Positions 28,190 through 41,388 of a stretch of 64,000 bases of DNA are shown one piece after another. The notes below the pieces were generated by a model, which saw nothing but the letters and a program-made list of their open reading frames with translations, was not told where the DNA came from and searched no databases. Origin of the DNA: Lama guanicoe (Eukaryota); contig MU053379.1 in the NCBI GenBank assembly GCA_013239625.1, positions 2,958,866 to 3,022,865 of the forward strand, written 5' to 3'. How positions within the stretch are numbered: the stretch's first letter is position 1; every line of letters starts with the position of its first letter. Position numbers and translations under genes: made by a program.

Positions 28190-28960
28190 CTAGGAGACGG
28201 GTTTCTGGGGGACGGAGCCAGTGACCAGCACCGCCCTGCGGAAGCTCTCCTCCACCGCGCATCCCGGGCTGGCGGGAGCAGCACCGAGGCTGCCCGGAAT
28301 CTCACCAAACCTCACCCCCATCCCAGTTACTGTCTGCATCCACTGCCTTCAGCGCGCTGGCCTAGCCCGCCCGGGGTGACCGCTGCGTCAGACCCCCCGC
28401 GAGCCGCCCGGCCCCAGCCGCCTCACCCGCGCTTGTTCCCACGGCTCCCGAGGGGACCCCGACCGGCCTCGTGCACTGCGCTCTGCTGCGCGCACGCACA
28501 TCTGAACTCTGCGCTGAGAATGTGCATGATGATTAAAAGTGGGATTAGAGGGGTCACTACTGAGTCCTGCAGTTAGGCCAGCTTGTCCACTTTATCTCTT
28601 GCAGTATTCCGAGCGAAAGGAGAGGAACAAAACCCTCTCGGATTTCGCGGTCACACGCGCGCGCATGCGCTCACCTGGCGAAACACCTCATTCACGAAGT
28701 TGACGTAGCCGCGCGTGGACAGGAGGATGCGCTGCACCATCTCGTACACCGGCCGGTGCTCCTCGTCGACGCTGCAGAGGCTGCCGCTGCTGCGCCTGCG
28801 GTCGGACAGGGTGCTGCTGTTGGAAGGGCCTCTGTCCTGCTCGGCCGCCCCGCCGCCGTCCAGCTCCGGTGTCCTCTCCTGCGCCCCAGCTCCACCCCCG
28901 ACGGTCTGGAAGAAAGTCACCGCCACCTCTGAGTGATCCTCTCCGACACCCCAGGCCACC
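28190..28960. promoter_or_regulatory. Intragenic CpG-island-like region overlapping exon 10, with an NRF1 palindrome
   Basis: Very dense CpG. GCGCATGCGC at 28661-28670, TTTCGCGG at 28643-28650, GC-box-like runs. Confidence 0.45.
28675..28905 (-). CDS. RALGAPA2: RALGAPA2 coding exon (about exon 10), 231 nt, [11 protein letters not shown]...[18 protein letters not shown]
   Basis: Acceptor tttcttccag, donor CAG|gtgagc, phase 0 to 0. Lies within ORF 28651..29079. Confidence 0.95.
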
Positions 28961-30149
28961 TGGCCAAGCTGGAGACCCGCCTCACGTGAAAGGGCTCCGT
29001 CCACCATCCATGTGACAACTGAAAACCGCTCCAAGCACAGGGGCTCGGGGCCGGACTGACTGATTCTCTGATTCACCAACTAACCTCTTCCCAACTCTTG
29101 TTATCCCACCGGAAAAACTGCCACACCATTGCAGGGACAGAGGCTGTGAAATTTATCCAAACCTAAACAGTTTGGTTGATAGCTGTAGAATCACAGAATA
29201 AATTACTGTGCAAATAAACCTATCTCATCATCCCCTTTGGGCTCCTCCCTTCAGTCCTTCCTCTGTGGTCACAAAGATCTGAAAATTCTCTGTGGACTTT
29301 TTGCAGCTGCGGTGTTGGAAGCATCATCTGATTCATACAAGTAAGTGACACTTTGATTGGAGGAGTGTCGATACCTTTAAAGAATATTTTTCTGAGGAAA
29401 AAAAAACCTTGATCTGAATTTCAAATTCAGAATCTCAGACTGAACTTTAAAATATTTACAAAACTTTTATTTAGAGATTTCAGGAGGACAATGAAATAAT
29501 CCGTGTAATGACTCACAAGGTTTAAACTGATTTTTGCTCATTCCCCCTAGAACTAAAGATTTCCTCCAAACATAACAGACGTATAATTTCGCTTCATCCT
29601 TGTAAATTACTTTTTAGTGTCAAAAATATACAGCCCAAATACTGCTAAAATTCTACCCACTGGGAATATTTTTTACAAGAAGTGACAAGATATGAGTAGC
29701 ACAAAATAATAATTTGAGTAACTACCAAGGACAGCTTGAAAGCAAAGCAGATATCCAAGTAATAATTTCTAGAGAAAATTAATAGAAAATTACAGTTAGA
29801 GTAATTTTCTCTTCATGCCTGGCAGTGAGGCCTGAGTGGCGTATCAAGGCACTGTCACCCTGTGCAATGAGTTTCCCTCAGGAAATTATTTCATCTTTTT
29901 GATGGATCAAATATCCTCCATAGAAAAATAAAGTTTACTCCTTTTTAACTGATACATACATATTTTTAACCTGTAAAGCAGGGAGGCGAGATTTAGTCTA
30001 ACGTCCTTGATGGCTCGGTAACCTGTGACTTTTTGATCAGTAACTCTCATTTTCCCCACAGGCCAAAAAAAAGGACATACGAACTTAGGTGGCAGATTAA
30101 ACATGGCCACAGCTTCTTTGGCCCTCCTTCCGTGAGGTCTGGGTGAGGT

Positions 30150-30595
30150 CTGGATCCCCTCCCTCTGCCCCCGTGGCCGACGGGACTGTGTTAACCAGGA
30201 GAAAGGAGGGGTGGAAGGCGCCTGTGCCAGTTTGAGGTGCAGGCCCAGGAGGCTGACCGCTGCCACTTTGCATCTCTGGGGACATTTGTGCCTGGAGCCC
30301 TGAACAGCCAGGGAAGACGTCCAACGGCCTTGCTGGAGGGACTACGTGGAAAGGGAGGTCCGGCTGGGCCCAGCCGAGTACCAGGCACGTGAATGAAGTC
30401 ATCCTGGACCCTCCAGGTCAACCAGCCACCAGCGGAAGACCACCACCCCTTGACCTCAGTGAATGGAGCATAAGAACTATACAACCAAATCTCACCCAAA
30501 TTCCTGACCCAAAAAGTGAAACACATAATAAGATTAAAGGGTTGTTGTTTTAAGCCACTATGCTCTGAGGTCATTAGAAAATAACTAAGATAACA
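30150..30595 (+). mobile_element. MaLR LTR (MLT1H/G-like)
   Basis: Contains CCCAAATTCCTGACCCA and the GTTGTTGTTTTAAGCCACTA end motif. Confidence 0.7.
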
Positions 30596-32435
30596 CAGCG
30601 GTTAGATTACTAAAATAACGTATATGAAGAATTATGTTTAACGGCACAAAGTTATTTCTAAAAATGAGCTGTTATCCAAATAGAACATAATGACAACACA
30701 GATGAATTTCCCACCATGCCATTAACTGAAAACTGTTTCTCCTGATAAAACGGCGCTTTGCTTAGCCTCCTCCAGTCCACATCAGCAAAAGGCTGCTTTC
30801 CAAAACATTTGTGTGTTTTAACAGACATTTATAATTATAGTAAATGATGAGAGTGAAAACAAACTAGTAATTCAAGTCTACTCATTTCTTGCCTCTTTTA
30901 TAAAGATCAACAGTCAGAGCATGAATACACGTTAACTACAGAGAGAGAGGCCCCCTTCCACCCGCCACACTCAAGCTGGAATTCTCAATTATTACTTAGT
31001 ATGAGTTGATTTTGGGGGGAAAAGGCAAAGGTGATTTTCCCTTTTTGGCATCTGACGGACGTTTAGTCAGTGAAACAGACATACCTGCTTGAACCAGGCG
31101 GGCACAGCCAGGGCTCAGGAAATACACAGCGTAGGCTGTCACTTAGCCCTTCCGCTGGCGACCCCGGTTTCCTCTCAGTCCGCGGCTCACACTGAGACCT
31201 GCGCACACGCAGGGTCAGGCCGGATGAGAACATCCAGCAAGCACGCGTGAAACAAGAGGACGTAGCTGTCACTCTGCTGGTGGTGCCCAGCATCACTCAA
31301 TTCTCCTTTGCAGTTTGCCTACGTGGTTGGGGACAGCCTAGAGCTCAAGGAGCACGCAGAGCCCTGGGGCGGCAGGCAGCAGACAGGTGGTGTGTCACAC
31401 GCAAACCCCCACAGGGGTGCCACTTTGCATGAGTCGTTTTCTTGTAACTGTTCAGCAACTTCAGGAAACCCACAGCCTGTGAATCATTATTGACGTATCT
31501 GGTTCAGAATTAAAAGTGGTACTTGAACAACGTAACTAAAGAGTTATCATATCAATAAGTGTGATTAACTGTTCTTGGTATCTCAAACCACTTTTCATTC
31601 TCTCATGGACTTCTTTGGGTGATAATGTTTAATTGACGTGCATACAAAACCAATAATAAAACAAAAAGTTGCTGCTGAGATTTTAACACCACCACTCTGC
31701 TTTCTCCCGTGCATGCTAAAGTACTTCTATCTCAGACAAAAATGAATTACCAAGAAGTAAATAATAGCTCACTGAGGACATTTTCAGCTGAAATGATGCA
31801 TCGAGAACCTTCAGATCTGAAAGGGGAATTTGCCATCAGTGTCGCCAACATGGTACAGGACGCACAGGCAACAGTATTTTCACCCTCCCGTGAGTGATGC
31901 CACGCAGAGGAACATCTGTCAAACCAGATTCTCCGAGGGGCTGGTGAGCTCAGTCTGGAAGATGCATTAATTCCTTTCTTTCCTGGTGAAAAATACTGTC
32001 AAATGGATTCGTTCTAGATCAAAAGGAAGTAAGTTCACTTTGGAAAAAGACATACAAAAAAAATCTCATAGATAACCTGAACACAGTAACAGTGGCAAAA
32101 GTATGAACTCTGCTTGGAAGTAGCATTTAAAATACTGCTTGAAAGGGCCTTTATAAGGGCACTACATTCTTTGCAGAGAGATTCTGCATCACCTGACGCC
32201 GACAGTGTTCACTCGACACCGGTAAAATTACATTAAATTTCAAATTCCAAACAAAAACTTTCAGGAGAAAAATATAATTGTATGTGCCTTTATTCCTGCA
32301 ACTCTATTTCCAAAATTTAGTATTCAGTTGTTTGAGCTGCTTTTTCTCACGTACAGTGTGAGGTGTGGAACACGGCAGACACGTGTGAGAGGAGGTGGAA
32401 AACCGCTGTGAGGCAGAGAAGGGGACTCAGGGGAT

Positions 32436-32886
32436 GACTGGCCGGCTGAATGCAGACCACCACCCTGCAAGGTGTCCAGGCCCTCATCCTCGGAACCTTT
32501 GAATATGCTGCCTTACGTGGCAAAAGGGACTTCACAGGTAAGACTGAGGATGTGGAGGGGGAGTGTCCTGGAGTGCCCGAGTGGTCCCATGGTCATCACA
32601 AGGGCCCATGAGGAGGCAGGAGGATCAGACACAGAGAAGGCGATGTGAAGATGGAGGCGGAGGGAGAAAAGGGGATGTGCTGAGGGGCCCAGAGCCAGGC
32701 ACACAGGCGGCCTCTGGAAGCCGGACGAGGTGATGACGCAGACCCTCCTCCAGAGCCTCCGGAAGGAGCACTAACCTGCCAACACCTTGATGTTAGCCCA
32801 CTGAGGCTGAGTTTGGAGTTCTGAGTCCCAGACCCTTAGGATAATAAATCTGCGAAGTTAGCCACTGCAGCTACAGGAAACTAACG
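32436..32886 (+). mobile_element. MaLR LTR (MLT1C/D-like)
   Basis: Contains GGAACCTTTGAATATGCTGCCTTACGTGGCAAAAGGGACTT, CAGAGCCTCCGGAAGGA and the GCAGCTACAGGAAACTAA terminus. Confidence 0.75.
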
Positions 32887-35721
32887 TGACCACCTGCTGT
32901 GAGGAGTGCGACCGGTCTGCAGGGGCTGCTGCAGTGGCCTGGACTGCCGTCCGCCCCAGCTCCGCTCCCCGCACGGAACCCGTGCTGCGCCTCCTTGCGG
33001 GCACACACCTGGCCGGCAGCACGCCGACCCCAGTGGAGGGGCGTCTGTTTCATGGAACCAGCCTCGGCCCTCCTGGCTGTTCACACACCCAGATCTGAGC
33101 CACTCCGTGCCTAGGCATGGTTCCAGGAGTGGGTGGGTAACCTATATTGTTCCACTCAGACAAAGGGGACGGGCTTTATATTTCTGGACTGTCTCTGAAT
33201 TTGAACGGGGAAAGTGGCGTCCAGCCGCGGGCATCACGGCAACCAGCAGGGAAGCAGAAGATGAAGGGGCCCCACGAGAAAAGGGCAGCGGAGGGGAGAG
33301 GGGCCCGGGCGGGGAGCCACGCCCTCAGCTCCCATGAGATGAAAATACGTCTTTTATGTTAAGACAGTTTAGTTCTGGGTTGTTTTTTTCTGCCTGTTTG
33401 GATGATAAAATCCTCCCAGCTGGTTCAAGTGGTCAGACCCTTCCGACACCGGAAGAGCGAGCTAACGAAGGGAGAGGGCTCACGAGGGTGAAGAGCCAGG
33501 AAAACATGAGCACCTTGCCGCAGTGCTCAGTTTGCTGTTCCTGCTACTTCTAGTCATCAAACGTATTTTTCAAGAATCAGCGACTTATTTTCAATAAATG
33601 CAGGTGATGGTTTTCTGAAACTTTGAAATGAGGCAGGAAAAAGTTACATCTTTTCTATGAAGGCATTTGGAACTGCCTGTGTGCACAGCCACATAAAGAT
33701 GCAACAATAAATTTATCAGAGTGACTGGGTTTCTAATACATGATTTCCTGCTAATGTTTGTCTGCCTGAGGATTTTTTGTTTTTTGTCTACCTGATGGGT
33801 GAATAAAGATCTCTCATCATGGCTCAGAACTAACTGTGTTTCCCTGAGTGCTGGTGAATTCAGTCAGTTTTATTTCCTCTTCCGTGAACTGCCTTTCACC
33901 TCTTTGTCCATTTTCCAATTAGGCTGTCTTCTTATTGACTTGTAGACGCTTTTATACAGCAGAGATACGAACTCCCCCAACAGCCATGATGTTACAGATG
34001 CTTCTCACACTCTATTGCTTGGGCCTGGCTTTATGTTATCTTTTGACATATAAATCTTTTTCTATTTTTAAAAATAAAGTCGAACCTCCTTTCTTCTGTG
34101 GTTTGTGGGCCTTATCCCTACAAAGGCGACCTACTACTTCCCACATTTACACATTCCCCCAGACTTTCCCCAAGTTCTCGAGTACTTGGTTTTTATATTT
34201 AGACCTTAAATCAACTTAGGCCCTAAATCAATGTGACGTGTGCTTTGTACGTGATATGAAGTGAGGTTCTGAGAAAGAGACAGACGGACAGACGAGTTCT
34301 AGCTTCCAGGCTTGCAGATTAGATTAGATATTCAGTGCTAATATCTGCCTCATTCCTTCGGAATAACTGTGGTTTCTGTTTGGAAGTCTCTATCATTTTT
34401 TTCTTCATCCCTGAAAGTCAAATGTCTGTTAAGGTCGGCGTCTGTTTCACGAATTCTTCCTGGGACTCGAGGGCCTTTCCGGTCTAAGGCATGACTCTTC
34501 CCAGCTCAGGTACACTTTCCTTACTCTCAGCTCAGTCATTACCTCTCACCTTTCCCTCCTTCTGCCCTCACAGTATCTGCAAGGTGGGTCTGCACCTGTC
34601 CCCAGCTCTTACTACTCATTTCTGACTTCCAGCTCTGATTTTTTTTTAACCAGCGTTGTGCGGTATTGCTTCAGAAGACCAATTTTGTTCTCAGCAGTGA
34701 CTATTACCATTTCGGGTTTACCCAATTAAAATTTTAAATTCAGAAATTTAAGTTTTTTCTTAAAAAAAAAACCCTTTTTTGCAGAGAGTCTTCTGTTATC
34801 CTCCTGGCATCCTGCCTCTCTCAGTTGTCTTTGGAAACAAGCTCCTCCCGGCCTTCGGTCAGTGCTGGCCAGTGGGGCCCGGGCTCTGGGCCTGCTCAGT
34901 GCTCCTGCATCGGGGTACTCAGCCCCCAGGCGAGCACACCGTGAGCTCGGGCAGAGGTCACACTTCTGGCACCTCCAGCGCACTGGCCAACCTGCACTAA
35001 ATGGACTACACTTTCTGGCTCTGTTCTTGGGGCCAATTAAGAAGCAAATGAAACCGTGACTCCTCCATGAAGTGGCCGCTCTGCCTGCCACGAGTGATCC
35101 TGCTCTCCTCACACAAAGGCTAGAAGCTACGCAGCCCGCTGGGAGACCGCATGTGTGTGTGACCAAGGCCACCAAGCGCGAGTGGCCCTGTGGCTCCATG
35201 TGAGAAGAGGTCCTCACCCAAGGCCTCGGGGAGAGGCGGCCTCCTCTTCCAGGGGCCCGTTGACAGCTCAACAATCACCCGAAATCCTGAGCGGCCGGCC
35301 CTCCCTGCCCCTGAGATCCCAGGGACACCTGGTGGTCTCACAGGTTCCCTCCAGGGACCACCTCACAATTCCTGAGGCCCTTCCTGGGGCAAGAGGCCCT
35401 GGGTCTTCTGCTCAGAGGTCACTGGGACTTGAGGGAAGGAGGGAAGATGAGAGGGAGCCAGGAGGGCGCTCGGCAGCATCTTCCAGAACGCCTCCTTCGC
35501 CACCAAGATTGCCTGGACGATGCCCACGGAGCACAACGAGTGCTCGTGACGCACGCGCGGCTCCCTCTGAGGCCCAGCATGGTAGGCGGGTGAGCCAATA
35601 AACTCGAGGCCCCGTAGCCAACAACCTGCGAGAGCCAGTGACCCTGACGGTCAGCTACCTTGGCACCTGTCCGCGTCTGTCACGACACCAGTGTGAAAAG
35701 AGAAAGCGATGGGTGCCTTAC

Positions 35722-35921
35722 CTGGATGACTTTAGGCAGGACATCGGCTCCATTTTTAGTGTTTTGTGTGCCCGTTAGATACTTTTTTTCCAGAAAGAAA
35801 GTTACAATCCACTTAATAAAAACAACTCGAGCTGCCATGTAAGGGACGTTCGTGCTGTAAATGTTTTCATTGTCTCGAGTTGTCGTGACGTACACCGGCT
35901 TCGGCCTGGAGTGGGGGGTGT
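35722..35921 (-). CDS. RALGAPA2: RALGAPA2 coding exon (about exon 9), 200 nt, (D)[66 protein letters not shown]
   Basis: Acceptor tttcccgcag, donor CAG|gtaagg, phase 1 to 0. Confidence 0.95.
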
Positions 35922-36406
35922 CTGCGGGAAAACAAGACCGCCCGATTCGGTCAGTGAATCTCAGCGTTATGTCAGCCCCACAAACGCTTCCGTTTCTAAT
36001 TAGATGGACACCTGTTTGGTGGTTTAAATAACAGCTGAGATTAAAGAACCAGAAATGATTAAAACAGCACCTCTGGTAGACCTGTTTCTGATTCCGCCCT
36101 GCAACCTGACCAACACAGAGTGGTGGCTGCTGTTGTTTACACACAACTACAGTGCACGGCTGTGGAGAAACAAAGGTAGTAACTCTTTTTGACACATTTG
36201 AGAAATTATATGAGATTATAACAGTGAAAACTTTTTCGCATAAGTTATAACTAATTTAATCTTACGACTGGAACAAATGTAAAAGCATATACAGACTTCT
36301 AAAAATCATAGTAGGTATTTTAACATCCAACATCATGGTAATTAAATCCAATGATCTTTAGTTTTATAAACTTTTCCCTTTAAATGAACCCAAAGAAACA
36401 GAAATT

Positions 36407-36505
36407 GGGGGGAGGGTATAGCTCAGTGGTAGAGCATATGCTTAACATGCACAAGGTCCCGGGTTCAATCCCCAGTACTGCCATTAAAGAAAGAAAGAAA
36501 GAAAG
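36407..36505 (+). mobile_element. tRNA-derived SINE (Vic-1-like)
   Basis: GGGGGGAGGGTATAGCTCAGTGGTAGAGC...GGGTTCAATCCCCAGTACT followed by an (AAAG)n tail. Confidence 0.85.
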
Positions 36506-37689
36506 GGAATTAGTATAGTCTACTTTATGTCTAAAAGAATTCATAAAGTCATGTTTCGTCTTCAAGATATCAGATACCACCATTTTTAAAGAAATAAAAA
36601 TAAGTCTTTTTCTCATTCTTTAAATCCCACAGTCAATACGAGGATTACGTGGTATGGAATCTGAGATGCTACTTGCTGTGAGCTCGACTCTCACCAATCT
36701 TTATACACCTGAAGGCACCTGCATGAGGCAGAAAAGTTCTCAGCAAAACACTCTTATTCCATGGATATTCACAACACATCATATTTTCTACAATGCATAT
36801 ATGGACTACTGAGAAGATCAGAAACAATTTTTGAAAAAAATGCCCAAATAAATATAGCTAACAGAATACATATTCCAGCACCGTGAATGACCAGGACGTC
36901 AAGAACTTTCTAAATGAGCCAAGCTGCAGCTGCCCTCCCCTTTCCCGAGGGTGCGGACACACGGAAACACCCACAGTCACCTGACTCCGCTGTCCACGTT
37001 CCCCGGGTGGAGCAGCGTCTGCTGTGACCTTTCCCCCGCCAGAACTGCTCTTGATTATTCATCTGAACAAATTTCACCCTTTTAAAATAACAGAGAGAGG
37101 AAGACTGGCTGCCCCCATCTCCACCGGAGATGTTTCTGTCCTGTGAGTCCCCACTCCTTACAGAAGGAAAACTCTAGAAGCTCAGTGAGAAATCCCCTTG
37201 CGTCTCCTATCCCTTGGGGCTTCCTGCCCCGAGATTCCCCGATCACCCGAATGTCTGTCCCTCTGCCGGCAGCTGGCAGCACTACCTGCTGAATGAAAGA
37301 TCCAATATTTTTAAAAAAGCAGACTGTGTGCAGCCATGCGGCCGGGGCTGGCCGACCTCACCACTGAGCAAGGTCTGGGGTCACCACACCCCCCTCCCTC
37401 TAAGAGGATACTGTAAGGAATTCTGGCTTGTTTTTACATTAAAAAATTCATTAAGTGTAATCACACCGAAAGTATCATGATACATACCAAATTATTTCTG
37501 AGTGCAGGAGCCACAGGTTCCCTGCCGCTGCTGTGAACTGCGGTAGATCTTAGTCTGAACAAACAGCTAAAGTCATTTACTGAGAAACTTCAAACCTCCT
37601 ACAATAAAGTTACACTAAATATGAGAAACAAGCACTATCTTGCTGAAAAATACTCGGCGGTCACTCGGCGGGGACCGGCCGGCACTCAC

Positions 37690-37828
37690 CGAGCACAGGC
37701 CTGTAGACGCTCGTCAGCCTCGAAAACGACGGAAGCAAATGGGGAAGGTAATACTTTCGAAACAACGTGAAGAGAAACTCAAACCCAGTTTGCTGATTCT
37801 CCTTGTTGCTCCACTCCAGGCTGGCGGC
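37690..37828 (-). CDS. RALGAPA2: RALGAPA2 coding exon (about exon 8), 139 nt, [46 protein letters not shown]
   Basis: Acceptor cccgcag, donor G|gtgagt, phase 0 to 1. Lies within ORF 37661..37885. Confidence 0.95.
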
Positions 37829-39900
37829 CTGCGGGCGACACGGGGAAAGGGCACACGTCCGTTCACACTGCCGGCTAACAGCCACTCAGCCGAAGCGCTG
37901 CTGCGCCATGAAGTCCCCGCCCCGAGCAACAGCCCGGTAAAGCACGCGGACGATCTTGTAATATTTTAAATTCAGAAGATGACGAGAATGAGTGTTTCAG
38001 TACAAACAGTGACTACATTTAAAACAGCATTTTACTGCACCTGCAAGGGAAAAAAGTCACGCAAGGATATCACATCCTTTCGAACTTGCTCTGCTACGTA
38101 CCACGCCCATGTTTGTATCTACACATCCTTGGTGATCACTTCATGTTCTTTGTGCCTTTATAATGTTTAGTGAGATGTAATTAGGCGCTTCTTTATTGTA
38201 ACTCGAAAGAGGCCATTTATAATAAACAGGAATTAAAGACAGCATCTCTTGCAAGGATTTCATCCCATGTTACCTACATGCAAAATCATTACCAAAATGC
38301 AAAGCTGCAGAATCTTGGGAAGGGCATAAAAAGCAGCCCACAGGCCACAGTAAAGCAGGCCAGCCAGCCCCGCTGCATAGTAAGTTTAAAGCTTCCATTG
38401 TCTCTAGACACTATTTTCCCCTCAAATCGCCAGCACCATGTTCGCACAGGATGAGCTCCAGAGCAGGGAGCGGCCCATACAAGCCTGGAGGGCAGCCTGG
38501 TAGCAGAAGCGCTGTCCCTCCCCGACAGAGGGACACACGAGCCCCTGGGGAAGGCCTGTCGCACCAGGTGGACCGCACAGAGCTCTAAAGCAGAGCTTCC
38601 CAACTGCCTTCAGGACTCAGCCCACCCGGAACAGGGTAGTATCTGTGTGGCACGTGAGGTGGGGGGTGAGGGGTTTCGGCCAACGCGGGGGCGGGGGCTC
38701 AGCGGCTGCCGTCTGTCAGATGTGCCCCGGCTGAGCCACGGGGGACACTCTGCTCTGAGGCCTCGCCCCAGCAGATGGAGGGAGTGGGTACACAGGCACA
38801 CACAGCTCCGCACACAGTCTGGGGGCTTCACCTCCACCCTCTGTCAATGGCATCCTCCCTCTAGCGGGGTCCTGGGGTCACGTGACATCCGAGGTCACAC
38901 AGCTCACCAGTGACATGTCTACGGTGGAAACCCCAGTCCCCCGACACACCCAAGGTCTAGGCGCCCTGCTGATTTCCCAGGGCACAGGGGATGCCCGACC
39001 ACTTCTGAGCAGAAGGGACTGAGATATACACAGGAAGGGCCAGCGCAGCTAGCACAGGGAGCTCACGGGAGACAATGGGGACCTAGGGCGGGCTCTCAGG
39101 ATTCGAGGGCCCATGCTTCGGATGCTAAAGGAATCGGGAACAGGACAGTGCACAGGACCACCCCCAGGACGAGGTGGGCAGAGAGGGCAGCCAAGGACTG
39201 ACCTCTAAGGTTGGCAGAGAGAAGCGCAGAATCCTCCAGAAAACTGGAAAGGAGTAAAGAAAGGGGGAGAGAAGCTGGGGGAGGCACCCCAGCAGGAGAG
39301 GCTCTGATGAAGGAGGGGTCCCTGCCACATCGCCTGAAGGATCAAGGACGGCAGACACCAGACGGTCCTGCTCTGGACCTGACTCCAGATCCCTCGGCGT
39401 CCTGGGCCCCCGACCCAGCAGTGACAGGGCAAAGGCAGGTGACAGTCACGTCCAAGGCACGTCAGGCGGGGAAGTGGACTTGGTGGAGATTGTTACGTCC
39501 ACGGCCCGGGCTGCGCAGGGGAGGGCGCGGCATGAACGACGCCGGAGGAGCTCGGGGACGAGCGGCGTGTTCACTGGGAGGAAAGGATCAGTAGCTTTTC
39601 TCTGAACCATATCAATGTTCAGAAACAGAGACCAAGAGACATAAATCCCCTACTGAAACCGTAAGCTAACAATTTCAGTTCTCTTTTCAGCGGGTAAATA
39701 TAAGAGAAAGAAGCAGGTGACGTAAAGGAGCCCCAGGCTGAAGGCAGGAGGAGGTAATCCCATGGGCTTCCTTCCTCTCCCCCGACTCTGTGGATTCCGG
39801 ACCATCCCTCTGCCTCTGGGCCGGCTGCTCCCCCACCCTGGTCTCACCAGCAGAGAGAACCAGGCAGTGGGGCAGCAAACAGCCCAAAGCAGGTAAACGC

Positions 39901-41030
39901 TCTGAGATAACAGAAAAGATCCGTACTGGTCTCTGCCCCTGGTTCCTGGCACAGAGCTCCTAAAACTCTTGTAAATTTTTTTTAATGTTATTTTTTATTG
40001 AAGTGTAGTTGATTTACAACGTTAGTTTCAGGTGTACAGCAAAGCGATTCAGTTATACATATACACACATATATGTATTTTTCAGATTCCTTTCCATTAT
40101 AGCTTATTACAAGAAACTGAAATTTAAAAAAAAAACTGAACATAGCTCCCTGTGCTCTACAGTAGGTCCCTGTTGTTTACCTATTTTATACACAGTAGTA
40201 CATATTTGTTAATCCCAAACTCCTAATTTATCCCTCCCCTACCCCTTTCCTGGAAACCTCTGGAGACCAGTTTGTTTTCTATGTCCGAGCATCCACTTCT
40301 GCAGACCCTTGCAGGTTCTACGTGATAAGAGCACCAGGCTCCCTGAAGGGTGCCCGGATGGGGACCGGTCACCAGAAGGACAGAGCCAGAATGGAAACCT
40401 GGAATCTGCAGCTTCTGCCCGCCCCACCCCAAGGCACCAGAGCAGGGGAGGGGCAGGAAGCGGGGTTAACTTCTGATCCTGCCCCCGCAAGGACGTGCCC
40501 TAAAAATCCCAACAGCCCGGGTCTCAGGGAGCTTCCAGGCTGAACACAGCCCCAGACCAGGAGGGTGACGCACCCGGGCCACAGGGACGGGAGACCCTGC
40601 GCTCAGGCCCTCCTGGGCCTCGCCTCATGTGTCTCCATCAGCTATTCGCCCTGTCCTTTATCACACCCTTTACAAACAGGGCCTCCCTGAGCTCTGTGAG
40701 CCACTCTAGGAAACTAACTGAACCCGACGAGGGAACAGGGACCCTCTGATTTGTAGCCACGTTGGATAGAAGTTGTGGGGAACCTGGGGACATAATCCCC
40801 GCGACTGGCCTCTGAATGGGGTGGGAGCAGCCAGACAGGACCAGGTCTTGTCCCGTGACAACTGAGGCTCCTCCAGGAAGGATGCGTCAGAACTGAGTTA
40901 CACTGCAAGACACTCAGCTGGGGCCACGGGGAATTACTGGCGGGAGAGAATTCCCACACACTTGGTGAGCAGACGCGTTGTAAGGGCGGTGTTCTGTGTG
41001 AATAATATGAAATAAGGGACAGTAAAGGAG
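39901..41030 (+). mobile_element. ERV LTR, MER21-like, split by the L1 at 39975-40300
   Basis: GGTCTCTGCCCCTGGTTCCTGGCACAGAGCTCCTAAAA at the start, and TCCCTGAGCTCTGTGAGCCACTCTAG and CACACACTTGGTG further in, recalled as MER21 motifs. Confidence 0.65.
39975..40300 (-). mobile_element. L1 3' UTR fragment inserted into an LTR
   Basis: Poly(T) followed by ATTGAAGTGTAGTTGATTTACAACGTT... Degenerate TSD ACTCTTGTAAATT / ACCCTTGCAGGTT. Confidence 0.8.
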
Positions 41031-41057
41031 ACAGACAGATGGAGACCTGGATAGTTT

Positions 41058-41205
41058 ACACACACACACACACACACACACTATGACACACACATAGTAA
41101 CTCACACACACACACAGTCTCACACACACACAGACACAGATACAGTATCACACACACAGAGTCTCACACACACACACATAGTAACACACACACACACACA
41201 CACAG
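41058..41205 (+). repeat. Compound (CA)n microsatellite
   Basis: Several CA runs interrupted by GTCT, GTAA and GTAT. Confidence 0.9.
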
Positions 41206-41388
41206 TACGTACGCCTGGTCTTTGCTAAGTGACCTGGCACATATTCTCTGCTTAGTGAAATATCACATCAAATTATCTCAAAGAAAAAGTAGAAACATAA
41301 AAGATGGATGAACAGGAAGAAAAGAGGCAACGTGTTTTCTCTCCTGTTGAGAACACGGCCACTGAATCATCTCTGATTTTGCTCATAC

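Noticed and set aside
36407..36485. Possible tRNA-Ala genes (this copy and similar ones)
   Set aside because: Multiple diverged copies with A-rich tails and TSDs indicate SINEs, not tRNA genes.
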